A DNA stretch of 59,562 bases, counting the filler, from Dugesia japonica (taxonomy: Eukaryota), in assembly GCA_001938525.1 (NCBI GenBank). It is 5 parts of 5 records of this genome, joined end to end, with 100 filler letters (N's around TTAATTAATTAA, not from the genome) between each part and the next. Parts side by side here need not be neighbours in the genome. Positions count along the whole stretch, not along the records: positions 20,063 to 30,073 come from MQRL01610493.1; positions 30,174 to 41,933 come from MQRL01509563.1; 3 more parts are not named here. The stretch is one strand, 5' to 3'. Within the stretch, counting starts at the first letter, position 1. Every line of letters starts with the position of its first letter. Made by a program: the position numbers and the translations under genes. Under the pieces are notes generated by a model. The model searched no databases, was not told where the DNA came from, and saw only the letters and a list, made by a program, of their open reading frames with translations. Below are positions 29,191 through 38,433 of this stretch, in pieces.

Positions 29191-29229
29191 AAGCGTTTTT
29201 ATATTATTGATTTTTAATTTATTAGTTCT

Positions 29230-29545
29230 ATTCAGATTTATCGGATTAAATCAAAGTTGCTTAGATCATCATGGCTAAGTGTTTATGCANTAGATAAACT
29301 TTAAAATTATATTCCAGTAAATCAAGCGTTAATCGTCAATATATCGCATCTAGGTGGAGAACATTGGATATGTGTTTACAATAAACCTGCACAAATAATA
29401 ATATTTCATCCATTAGAATTTTATTACTTTTCAATGTTGGTGCATATTTATCGAAATTATCAAAACCAATAGTGTAATTAAAGTTCGATATCAAGATCCA
29501 TTTACAGAAACTTGTGAACAACACTATTTACTATGGTTGAAAAAC
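29230..29545 (+). pseudogene. Polinton cysteine protease remnant, family A
   Basis: HWICVYNK and QDPFTETCEQH fragments follow the MCP in the expected order. Confidence 0.5.
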
Positions 29546-30073
29546 AACATCGCAGTTGTAAAGCAATATACGATTTTATTAAAAAATCTTGTTTATTAAT
29601 TTATTTTAAATAAAACCTTATACAAATTAATAACACTGTGAAGTCGATTCATGGATTTCAAATGTCTGAGACTTTTTAATTTTTATATATATTACGTATA
29701 TATTATTTAAAAAATTATTTCTAAAACTTTTAAATATTATTGAAAAAAGTAAAAAAAAATTTTTAAAAATTATAAAGGTTTTTTTGAAATTAAATTATTT
29801 AAAATCAAAATAAATATTTTATATTAGGTAAAAGTATAAAATTATAGAAAATATTTTATAATATTAAAATGTTTTAAAATCAAGATCGATATTTTTTATT
29901 ATGGGAAATTATAAAATTATAAAAAATTGTTTTAAAAAATTATCATAAATAAAATATTTAAAAAAAAGTAAAACTGATATTTTTAAAAAATATATTTTAT
30001 TAAAAGGTCTCAGATTATTTGTTTGAATATTATAAATTGTTCTTTATCATTTTTCATTTTAATAAAAGTGTTG

Positions 30074-30173
30074 NNNNNNNNNNNNNNNNNNNNNNNNNNN
30101 NNNNNNNNNNNNNNNNNTTAATTAATTAANNNNNNNNNNNNNNNNNNNNNNNNNNNNNNNNNNNNNNNNNNNN
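30074..30173. other. Artificial contig spacer
   Basis: 44N-TTAATTAATTAA-44N. Confidence 0.95.
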
Positions 30174-30743
30174 TTCCAATGAATTCAATTTCTGAACCAA
30201 AAAGCGATGTAGAATTTTATATAAATGGATCTCAAACTGAATATTTGCATGTGAATGATACTTTCTTGTATATTAAACTGAAGGTAGGTGATAAGGCAGG
30301 CAAAGATTTGACTGACGCTCAATGATGCAGTTCCTAGTAACTATATGTTGCATACACTCTTTAAGGATGTAATTCTTTCATTTAATAATTACAANNNNNN
30401 NNNNNNNNNNNNNNNNNNNNNNNNNNNNNNNNNNNNNNNNNNNNNNNNNNNNNNNNNNNNNNNNNNTGGTGACAGTAAAAATATTTGTCTTACAGCAATG
30501 GGGTATGGATCGGACGATAATCGAAAAAATTCTATTAAAAAATCCAAAATTCTATTAAATTATCTAAAGCATTATCTTTATGTGGTTCATTGCAACTCGA
30601 TTTTATGGATCAACCGAAATATCTTATTCCTGGTGTCAATGTTCACATTCGATTGAAAAGAGCAACTTCTAACATTTGTTTGCAACCTGTAGTCCATGAA
30701 CCTAACTATGTATTGCCAGATGCAAAATTAATGGTTAGACGTG
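30174..30743 (+). pseudogene. Polinton major capsid gene, family A, 5' part (interrupted by the nested element)
   Basis: FPMNSISEPKSDVEFYINGSQTEYLHVNDTFLYIKLKV..SNYMLHTLFKDV..LDFMDQPKYLIPGVNVHIRLKR..DAKLMVRR, an F54H12.2-type Polinton MCP pattern; a few frameshifts. Confidence 0.85.
30738..30743. repeat. Left 6-bp target-site duplication GACGTG
   Basis: Identical hexamer at 41574-41579, immediately outside the other TIR. Confidence 0.95.
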
Positions 30744-31155
30744 AGTAGATGTAAAATAGCGCGATTAGGCCTGGACCCCCATAGCCATAAAATTTTGATA
30801 TTTTTTATGGCTGTCGATGCCGATTTGCAAACTGTGAAAAAGTGGTAAAAAAAAATAGTGAAAAGAGATAAAAATGATAAAAAATAACAAGATATTAAAA
30901 AGTTGAAAAAAGTTGAAAATATACCCAGGATTGTTTTTTACCCGTAATGATAAATAATGAAATTTTAAAATAAAAACTTGTTTATAAGCTAGGACCAAAT
31001 GTTTTTAGACAAAAATGCATGGACAAAAAATTATATTGAAATTTTAGTTTTGTTTGTAGCTTGTAGCTTGTAGCTTGTAGCTTGTAGCTTGTTGTTTGTT
31101 GTTTGTAGTTTGTAGTTTGTAGTTTGTAGTTTGTATTTTGTATTTGTATTTTGTA
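30744..31155 (+). repeat. Left terminal inverted repeat
   Basis: Reverse complement of ~41207-41573 with few differences; ends internally in (TGTAGCT/TGTAGTT)n 7-mers. Confidence 0.95.
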
Positions 31156-31178
31156 TAATAAAAATTAGTATGATTTAA

Positions 31179-33150
31179 TTAGTATCCAAATGGTAGAGTA
31201 GTTATTCCATCTTCTTTAATAAATCTTTTGTCATCAAATGAAGTTAATGCTTTTTTTAGTTGTTTAGTTTGTTTTACCTGATGAAGTTTAGAGTTGATTG
31301 AATAGTTTGTTCTGATATTATTGAATTGTTGTACAAAACATTTTTATATTGTTGTGCTGTAAAGTTGTTTGTATTACTTATTCCTTNNNNNNNNNNNNNN
31401 NNNNNNNNNNNNNNNNNNNNNNNNNNNNNNNNNNNNNNNNNNNNNNNNNNNNNNNNNNNNNNNNNNNNNNNNNNNNNNNNNNNNNNNNNNNNNNNNNNNN
31501 NNNNNNNNNNNNNNNNNNNNNNNNNNNNNNNNNNNNNNNNNTTCCAAGATTGATTTGGATGTATAAATTCAATCATTAGTGAATCTGTATCAGAGTAATG
31601 TATTCTCCATTGTTCTAAATTATTATCATTATCATTTGGAATTAATTTATTTAATTGATTATAAACAAAATCGTACATGATTAGTTTAGCATAATCTAGA
31701 ACAAAAAATCCAATGTATTGAAATTTATTGTACATGATCAAATGTTTAAATGTTTTTATTAGTGCTACTTCTTCATTAATTATAGTAGATGATTTATAAC
31801 CTGGTTTTGAAACTTGATTTAATATTTCCTTTTTAGTCTTTGCCAAGAATAAACTAATCCTATTTCTCACATTTTCAAGAGTCTTACCAAAGAATGCATT
31901 GTTTAATAGTTTGAAAAATGAATTTCCAAAGTCATCATTATTAACTTTTGCCTCATCTCTTGANNNNNNNNNNNNNNNNNNNNNNNNNNNNNNNNNNNNN
32001 NNNNNNNNNNNNNNNNNNNNNNNNNNNNNNNNNNNNNNNNNNNNNNNNNNNNNNAGATATAGATCCAAAACTTGTCCTAGAACTACATAATTATATTTAT
32101 TTTTCTGAGTCATTATTAACTTTTCATTGGTAGATTGTTTTTTATTCATGTATTTTAATAAATCTTTTTGATAATCACTCAAATCTTCATAACTGATTGA
32201 ATTTTTTTCTACAGCTAATGGATAATATTTAGTCTTTTCTTTAATATTGTCTGAATATATTAAATCAACTGTATAGATGTAATCCATATAAATCTTTTCT
32301 CCATCTTCATTAATTTTATAATCATCATTAGTTCTAACATAAGTTTTGTCATAATCCCAACTCATTTCACCCCAAGATAATCGTTTTGTCATCGATGCAG
32401 CATATAAACTATTCTCATCTAGGCATTTTAGTGTGGTAAATTCATTAGCTACTACATGTCTGTTTCCACATACTCCTGAAAATCCTCCTCTAATTCCTCG
32501 TTCTATAGTTAGAAACATGTCAAAGTTTTGAGGATTAGCATTTATTAATTTAACTTTTGATACTTTCATTCCTATTTCCCATGTAAGTCCTGGTGCAGAG
32601 TAACAATATGTTGGATCAATTTCATTCCAATCTAGTGATAAAGTCCTAAAGTTTTTGAAAAAGTCTGCTAGAATTATTACATCAAGTTTCATGTAATGTA
32701 GTGTATATTCCAAAAGATTGTTAAAATTTGAATAATCATTTAGAAATATTTGATAATCAGATTCAGATAGATTACTTTGTCTAAGTACATTGAAAAAATC
32801 TTCAATCTTTGGATTGTAGTTTATTAATTTTCTTTTAACTTTTGAATAATTATTTCCAGTTACATAATCATATGGATAGATTCCTTTTGATGCTTTTAGA
32901 TTAAAACTATCCAAATGAGGATGACTTTTACTTTTTGATAAATCTTGTCCCATCTTTTCAATTGAATGACCACTGCACATTCTTAATGAATCTAGAAATC
33001 TTAATCTTTTTAAAGAAAATGAAATGTAAACATCATCATTTAATGGAATTAGATTATTAATATCATTAGCATCTGATTTACACAATTCCTTAAAAACAAA
33101 ATGATTATCAAATTTTGAAGCATTATGAGCAGAAAATATCTATCAAAAAA
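31179..33150 (-). pseudogene. Protein-primed DNA polymerase B (exonuclease II through C-terminus), disrupted
   Basis: AHNASKFD (ExoII), RFLDS, KGIYPYDY, YMKLDV, CLDENSLY (A), KLLNNAFFGKT (B) and YSDTDSL (C). A frameshift near 31310 leads into ...LTSFDDKRF...TLPFGY* (stop at 31179). Confidence 0.93.
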
Positions 33151-33153
33151 TAT

Positions 33154-33678
33154 CTATCCATAAACTGGTATGAAATGCTTCTTTGGAGATTCAAATTTCT
33201 TGATACATTCAAGATGAGCATATCCTCTACTAGCTCCTGTCCATGGATTTACTGATAAATAATCACATTGTGGTTTATTTAAATCAAAGTTCCTAGTTTT
33301 GGAAAATTTATAAATAAAATAAATACATAATATTCCACAAATTTTAGTTTTCCAAGGTTGAACTTGTCTCCTATTCCATTTTACTCCTCCTCTTGACATG
33401 ATTGATTTTAATGGAGGTAGTCCATAGGAATCAAAATAATAACTTGTACCTTTGACAGGTTTAATATATGCAACCCAATGACTATCTTTTTGATTTGAAT
33501 TTTGATAGTTGATTATCCAGTTTACAATTGACTGGGTTGTCCAGTTAACTGAAAACTCATTGTTCATTACCACATAAACATTTAAATTTAAAAATTTAGC
33601 AATATCTAATAAATCATAATTAGTTGTAGATGATATGCCAAATGTTTTGAGAAAGTCGAGTACGTTGTAATTATCCAT
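33154..33678 (-). CDS. Adenain-type cysteine protease with a pPolB-derived C-terminal extension
   Basis: HWVAY, YYFDSYGLPP and Q...CGILC catalytic motifs intact; tail PWTGASRGYAHLEC...FIPVY resembles the pPolB segment preceding ExoII. Confidence 0.88.
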   Translation of the reverse strand: MDNYNVLDFLKTFGISSTTNYDLLDIAKFLNLNVYVVMNNEFSVNWTTQSIVNWIINYQNSNQKDSHWVAYIKPVKGTSYYFDSYGLPPLKSIMSRGGVKWNRRQVQPWKTKICGILCIYFIYKFSKTRNFDLNKPQCDYLSVNPWTGASRGYAHLECIKKFESPKKHFIPVYG

Positions 33679-33699
33679 TCCATTTTTATTCAAATCAAT

Positions 33700-34385
33700 T
33701 TAATTGAACCTTCTCAAATGCAATAAGATATTAATCTTTTCTCCATCAAAATCTATTGTATTAAAATTCTCATCTACTATATTTAATTTTATTCTAGAAA
33801 TAAAATCTGTATTAATNTNTGAATAANNTGGATTAGCTGGTCTATCAGTTATCCTATATCCATAAGGAACTGTTCCCATTGGCAAACTATGTAATAAATT
33901 GTATTCTTTATTATTTATATAATTACCTTGTACAATGTTGCAAATAATATTAATTTTATTATCTGAAATGAATTTATCCAACTTGGTCAGTAGATAGCCA
34001 ATAGGTAAAACATTAAATCCAAGAATAGTATGAAAAAAGAAGTATTTTCAAATTCAAGCTTAACTCGTTCAATTGGTTTATCTTTATCATTAATATATAA
34101 TTGGATTAAAGCTTTACCTGTTGATACATCAAAACTTAATNNNNNNNNNNNNNNNNNNNNNNNNNNNNNNNNNNNNNNNNNNNNNNNNNNATAAGCACCA
34201 GGAGTTATTATTTTTTCTATACCATCTAGTTTATATTTATTATTTTTATTATTTATATTCAAAACCATGTTGGATGTAGTGAACCATATTAAAGCTATTT
34301 CCCATCTCCCTTCTAATTTTAAACCTATTGATAATTTAGTTTCTAATTCATGTTCTTGACCAAATATTAAAAATTGATGAGACAT
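33700..34385 (-). CDS. Minor capsid protein (penton), split by a 1-nt frameshift
   Basis: WEIAL...ITPGAY and IICNIV...VPYGYRI..P...IVDENFNTIDF...LLHLRR. One extra T in the homopolymer at 34033-34038 gives SFFHTILGF and joins the two ORFs, matching SFFHKILGF in the homolog at 57.3 kb. Confidence 0.85.
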
Positions 34386-34386
34386 T

Positions 34387-34482
34387 AAACCGAGCGAACG
34401 TAGTGAGTGAGGTTTCTATAAAGCAATTTATTATAGATTTTATTTGAAAGTAGATGAAAAAGCACTCGCTGCGCTCGCGCTT
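34387..34482. other. Two GNA-triloop / tandem-GA hairpins in an intergenic spacer
   Basis: AAACC-GA-GC-GA-AC-GTA-GT-GA-GT-GA-GGTTT on + (34387-34415) and AAGCGC-GA-GC-GCA-GC-GA-GTGCTT on - (34460-34482). Confidence 0.65.
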
Positions 34483-35314
34483 ATTTTAAGTATTTATTTT
34501 TTAACCTAGAATACTTTTCTTTAGTTATTAATTTATCATCCAACAGTTGTTTAATTATTTTATTAAAATCAGTTGAAAGATTATCATGTCCAGCTTTTAT
34601 TGCATTAGTTATTATTAAAAACTTTTCCAACAACTTTATTGGGTTAATACCATCTCCTTTCTTTACAATTTCTTTATATTTGGGTGAATTTTTAAATTTT
34701 TTAAATTCTTGATCAAATATTCCATCTTTTTTACATGTACGGATGTAATTACTTGAATGTGGGGTGAAATTACTAAATAATTTTAAATAAATTTTTTTAG
34801 CTTCACTATTATTAGATCCATAAACAAACATTAAATTTAATACTTCTTGATTAAAAGGTATTTCTTTAACTAATCCAGATTGGTTATCAAATGCAAAATA
34901 TTTTAACTTTTCACCATTTACAATTTTTTCTTTTAAATAAATAATATCTTTACCAATTTTAAAACAATCAAAATTTTCTTCATCATTTTCAATAATATAA
35001 GGAATTAAACTAGGAGGTAAATCATATTTACTACAAACTTTAAAATCTTCTTTTTTCAATTTTATTCTACCATCTGAGATGAGATTATTAACTAGACTTT
35101 TAATAAGATCATCTTTATCTTCATCATTAAGATTATTAATAGAATCTTCTTTGATAGGTTCTTTGATAGGTTCTTTGATAGGTTCTTTGATAGATTCTTT
35201 AGCTGAAAATTGGTTAGTAAAAGAAACTTGTTCAATTATTAATTTATCATATTTCTCTCTTGCTTTAATTTGATCTTTTAAAATTTTTATTCTATCTCCA
35301 ATCCAATCACTCAT
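34481..35314 (-). CDS. Conserved Polinton hypothetical protein (277 aa, EPIK repeats)
   Basis: Intact ORF; C-terminal GDGINP..LLEKF..I..AIKAGH motif typical of a Polinton accessory gene; syntenic homolog at 57641-58499. Confidence 0.75.
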   Translation of the reverse strand: MSDWIGDRIKILKDQIKAREKYDKLIIEQVSFTNQFSAKESIKEPIKEPIKEPIKEDSINNLNDEDKDDLIKSLVNNLISDGRIKLKKEDFKVCSKYDLPPSLIPYIIENDEENFDCFKIGKDIIYLKEKIVNGEKLKYFAFDNQSGLVKEIPFNQEVLNLMFVYGSNNSEAKKIYLKLFSNFTPHSSNYIRTCKKDGIFDQEFKKFKNSPKYKEIVKKGDGINPIKLLEKFLIITNAIKAGHDNLSTDFNKIIKQLLDDKLITKEKYSRLKNKYLK

Positions 35315-35320
35315 TTTTAT

Positions 35321-35914
35321 TTAAGCTTTATTTGAGTTGTAGGGATCATGATATGGATTCAAATATAATCCTTTACCACTAGGTATAATTTCTATTCCCT
35401 TTTTAAATTTCTTTTTATTTATTACTTTCAATCTACTTAACTGATCACTTAGTTCTCCCTTTAAATATTTATGAATAGCAGATCCTTGATAAGGATTTAA
35501 ATAAATTCCATGTCCACTTTGAGGAGGTTTATTATCAATTCCATTATCAATTCCATTATCACCTTGCTGTAACCGCTTTAATTGTTTAGTTAATAATTCA
35601 TTCTTTTTATCAATTCCAATAGATTCTTTAGCTTTATTATTAGCTTCACGTGAATTGGATACAACCTTTGCAATGCTAGCAGCTGCGCCACCTGCAGCTC
35701 CAATTCCTGCCAAAATACCAGGTATTAAAGCTAATAATGGAAATATACCACCAGAGTGGACACCATCATGTTCATATTCAGAGAGCTTTTGTTTTAATAT
35801 TTCTTTAGTCTTTTTTCCTATCCAATAGTTTTTGCCATTTATTTTTATTGATTTACTTTTATCACTATTTATTAAATCTATTAATTCTTTTTCAGTTGTG
35901 TTGCTGTTAGTCAT
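35321..35914 (-). CDS. PZ-like / adenovirus pX-like core or membrane-active precursor
   Basis: GG|IFPLLALIPGILAGIGAAGGAAASIAKVV amphipathic segment and repeated GxG(I/L)YLNPY motifs; homolog at 58511-59002. Confidence 0.8.
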   Translation of the reverse strand: MTNSNTTEKELIDLINSDKSKSIKINGKNYWIGKKTKEILKQKLSEYEHDGVHSGGIFPLLALIPGILAGIGAAGGAAASIAKVVSNSREANNKAKESIGIDKKNELLTKQLKRLQQGDNGIDNGIDNKPPQSGHGIYLNPYQGSAIHKYLKGELSDQLSRLKVINKKKFKKGIEIIPSGKGLYLNPYHDPYNSNKA

Positions 35915-35939
35915 TTATTTATTAATATAATAATTGGGT

Positions 35940-36710
35940 TTAAAACAAGGAATCTACCAACATTTCCTTTTCCTTGTCTAGATAAAAATAATTATATTTT
36001 GTTTTCCAATGATGATTAGTTTCAAAGTCATATTCTTCTTTACTATTAAAAATGTTGCTAAATAAATCATGATAAACATTATCTTTATCTCTTTTACCTA
36101 GTTTAAAGAAGATGAAACAATTACTATTATTTCTTATAGAATTCTTATCCAAATCATAATAAGTTTGAGATATATAAATTACATTACAATTATTATGTCT
36201 TCCTCTAGTAAAATAAGATTTCTGTATTGATTGATTCTTCTCATTTACTACATCATCAAAAATAATTAAATTCTTTTTATTAGCAGGTAACTTATCACAT
36301 GGAACAATTTCAGATGCTTTAGAAGATAGAGTAATGTTTATAGATTCTCGATTAACAGATTCCAAACTACCCAGTTGAGATGAATACCAAAAGATTATTT
36401 CTTGAGGATTTAAATCTTTGGGAATTCTATCTTGTATTTCATCTGAAAAAATATTAATCAATTCTTGTTTACTCAAACCTTGAGTTAGACCATGATATAA
36501 TAATTGAATTTCAAATTGGTTAATAGTAGTTGAAAAGATGATTAAATTATTATAATCTATAAAACCTGGTGTTAGTAAAATCTTTAGTAGTAAAACATTT
36601 TTCCCACATCCTGATGATCCAATAATTAAACATCTAAACTGTGGAGGAAATATTTCATGTTTAAATTTACTTGCTGAATTTTTCCAAATAGGTGTTACTC
36701 TAGTTGCCAT
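35940..36710 (-). CDS. A32-like (FtsK/HerA) genome-packaging ATPase
   Basis: Walker A GSSGCGKN, Walker B LIIFDD, RGRH, ISQ and IRNN motifs; probable start is the MATR ATG at 36710, with an upstream ATG at 36740. Confidence 0.93.
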   Translation of the reverse strand: MATRVTPIWKNSASKFKHEIFPPQFRCLIIGSSGCGKNVLLLKILLTPGFIDYNNLIIFSTTINQFEIQLLYHGLTQGLSKQELINIFSDEIQDRIPKDLNPQEIIFWYSSQLGSLESVNRESINITLSSKASEIVPCDKLPANKKNLIIFDDVVNEKNQSIQKSYFTRGRHNNCNVIYISQTYYDLDKNSIRNNSNCFIFFKLGKRDKDNVYHDLFSNIFNSKEEYDFETNHHWKTKYNYFYLDKEKEMLVDSLF

Positions 36711-36745
36711 TTTATTATAGATTAATTTTCCAGCTAACATAAAAA

Positions 36746-36940
36746 TTATTTCGTGATTAAATTCATCAACAACATGTTTGTCATCATAGTCTGATTTGCA
36801 ACCATCATGTCACGATTAAATGATTCTTCCTCTTCTTTACTCATGTAAGTAGAAGTATCAGTAGTTAACCATTTCCATAATCCATCTGGTTTAGTTTTGG
36901 GTTTATCTTTATCAACTGGTTTATCTTGTGTATTTCCCAT
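36746..36940 (-). CDS. Small hypothetical protein (64 aa, MGNTQ start)
   Basis: Fills the gap between the integrase and ATPase genes, co-oriented, with an A-rich start context. Confidence 0.6.
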   Translation of the reverse strand: MGNTQDKPVDKDKPKTKPDGLWKWLTTDTSTYMSKEEEESFNRDMMVANQTMMTNMLLMNLITK

Positions 36941-36972
36941 TATTATTATTTTATTAATTTAAAATTTAAAAT

Positions 36973-38408
36973 TTATAAATTAGTCAACTGGAGCTCATTG
37001 GCATAAAATCTACCTAATATTTTATCTCCATCTTTATTCAAAATACCATAAGTTAATACTCCATCCCATGGTTGTGATGTATTATTTTCTCTATAGATTT
37101 TATAAATTGTATAAATATCTCTTGTCCAATTTATTGTATATCCTTTTTCAAACTTGTCTTTAAATCTAAAAATTCTAACTCTTTGCCCAATCTTTAGTTT
37201 CTTACTAGTTGGATTCTTAAAGTCTTTATTTTTAAGATTCCATTTGACTGTTTTATCTTGTAATCCATATGGACTGTGGCTAGCTTCTTTTGGTGTTTTA
37301 TTAATTGAACTATGAACTGTATTATTATAATCATCAACTATAGAATTTAATAAATCAATATCCCATTTTTGATTATCTTGTTTAGTAAAAATTTTGTATA
37401 ATCTTCTTTTAAATGTTCTAATTACTCGCTCTACAAAAACTGCTTTACCCCTAAGTTCTGTATTTAATGGAGTAGAATATAAATTAATATTATTATCTTC
37501 ACAAAACTCTTGAAAAACTTTATTATAAAATTCTCTTCCATGATCTACNNNNNNNNNNNNNNNNNNNNNNNNNNNNNNNNNNNNNNNNNNNNNNNNNNNN
37601 NNNNNNNNNNNNNNNNNNNNNNNNNNNNNNNNNNNNNNNNNNNNNNNNNNNNNNNNNNNNNNNNNNNNNNNNNNNNNNNNNNNNNNNNNNNNNNNNNNNN
37701 NNNNNNNNNNNNNNNNNNNNNNNNNNNNCCTTTAGGTGAACCTAAAAACATTAAATCAGCTGACCAAGTTTCATCTTTAAAGAATAATTTAACTTTTAGA
37801 AAGTTTTTATTTTTATTAAAAGGTTTATGTAACTCGTTAGCCTGTAATTCATCCTCTACAGTTAACTGGATACCACTTCCCATCATTATATTTCCCTTCA
37901 TTGCTAATTTAACTAATCCTCTTTGAATCTTTTCTGAAGTAGAAGGATTTTCTATATTATTTAAATCATGAATTAAATTAACATCAGCTATATGTCTATC
38001 TCTAACATCTTCTGAATTATAACTAATATCATGTTTTAAAGCAGCTTCATCTACCCTATTTACTGGTTCTTCACCTGGTTTTGGAACAAAGTTCTCATCC
38101 AGTCGAATATCCAATCTAGTTCCTGGCCCAGTATAATTATGTTTGAATAAATGTCTTTCACCAGGATATTTTTCTGTAGTAAAAGGTTTTAATAAAGCAC
38201 TTGTTACTTTGGAAGATTGAAGATCTCCTCCTTGAATCGATTGATCTCCTCCTTGAATCGATTGATGAATCGATTGAACAACAACTTGTTTTTTAAAATC
38301 TGTTGGCTCAACACCATACTTTTTTGAACATAGTTTATTATGTCTTACTCTATGTTTCTTTGATAAATATCTATTACATATTAAACACAATTCTTTTTCA
38401 TCAGGCAT
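36973..38408 (-). CDS. Zn-finger / parvovirus-type PLA2 / retroviral-like (rve) integrase polyprotein; spans a 180-N gap
   Basis: CLIC..H...C; NYTGPGT...VNRVDEAALKHDISY; ELHKP...WSADL (D). After the gap: VDHGREF (D), VERVIRTFK (E), YNNTVHSSI, FEKGYTINWT, GRFYANELQLTNL* (stop at 36973). Confidence 0.92.
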
Positions 38409-38433
38409 TTTATTAAATAAATTTTTTACTCAA

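Noticed and set aside
28508-30743. Apparent tandem duplication of the family-A MCP gene
   Set aside because: The two copies are separated by an artificial spacer, so their adjacency is not evidence of linkage.
30765-30998. ORF MVLAYKQV... and its twins at 41330-41512 and 41469-41678
   Set aside because: They lie within the TIRs, start at non-ATG codons and are broken differently in the two TIRs; by-products of the repeat.
33132-33160. The 29-nt insert in the protease-pPolB junction as a micro-intron
   Set aside because: No GT..AG pair removes it in frame; it looks like a duplicated 14-mer filler.
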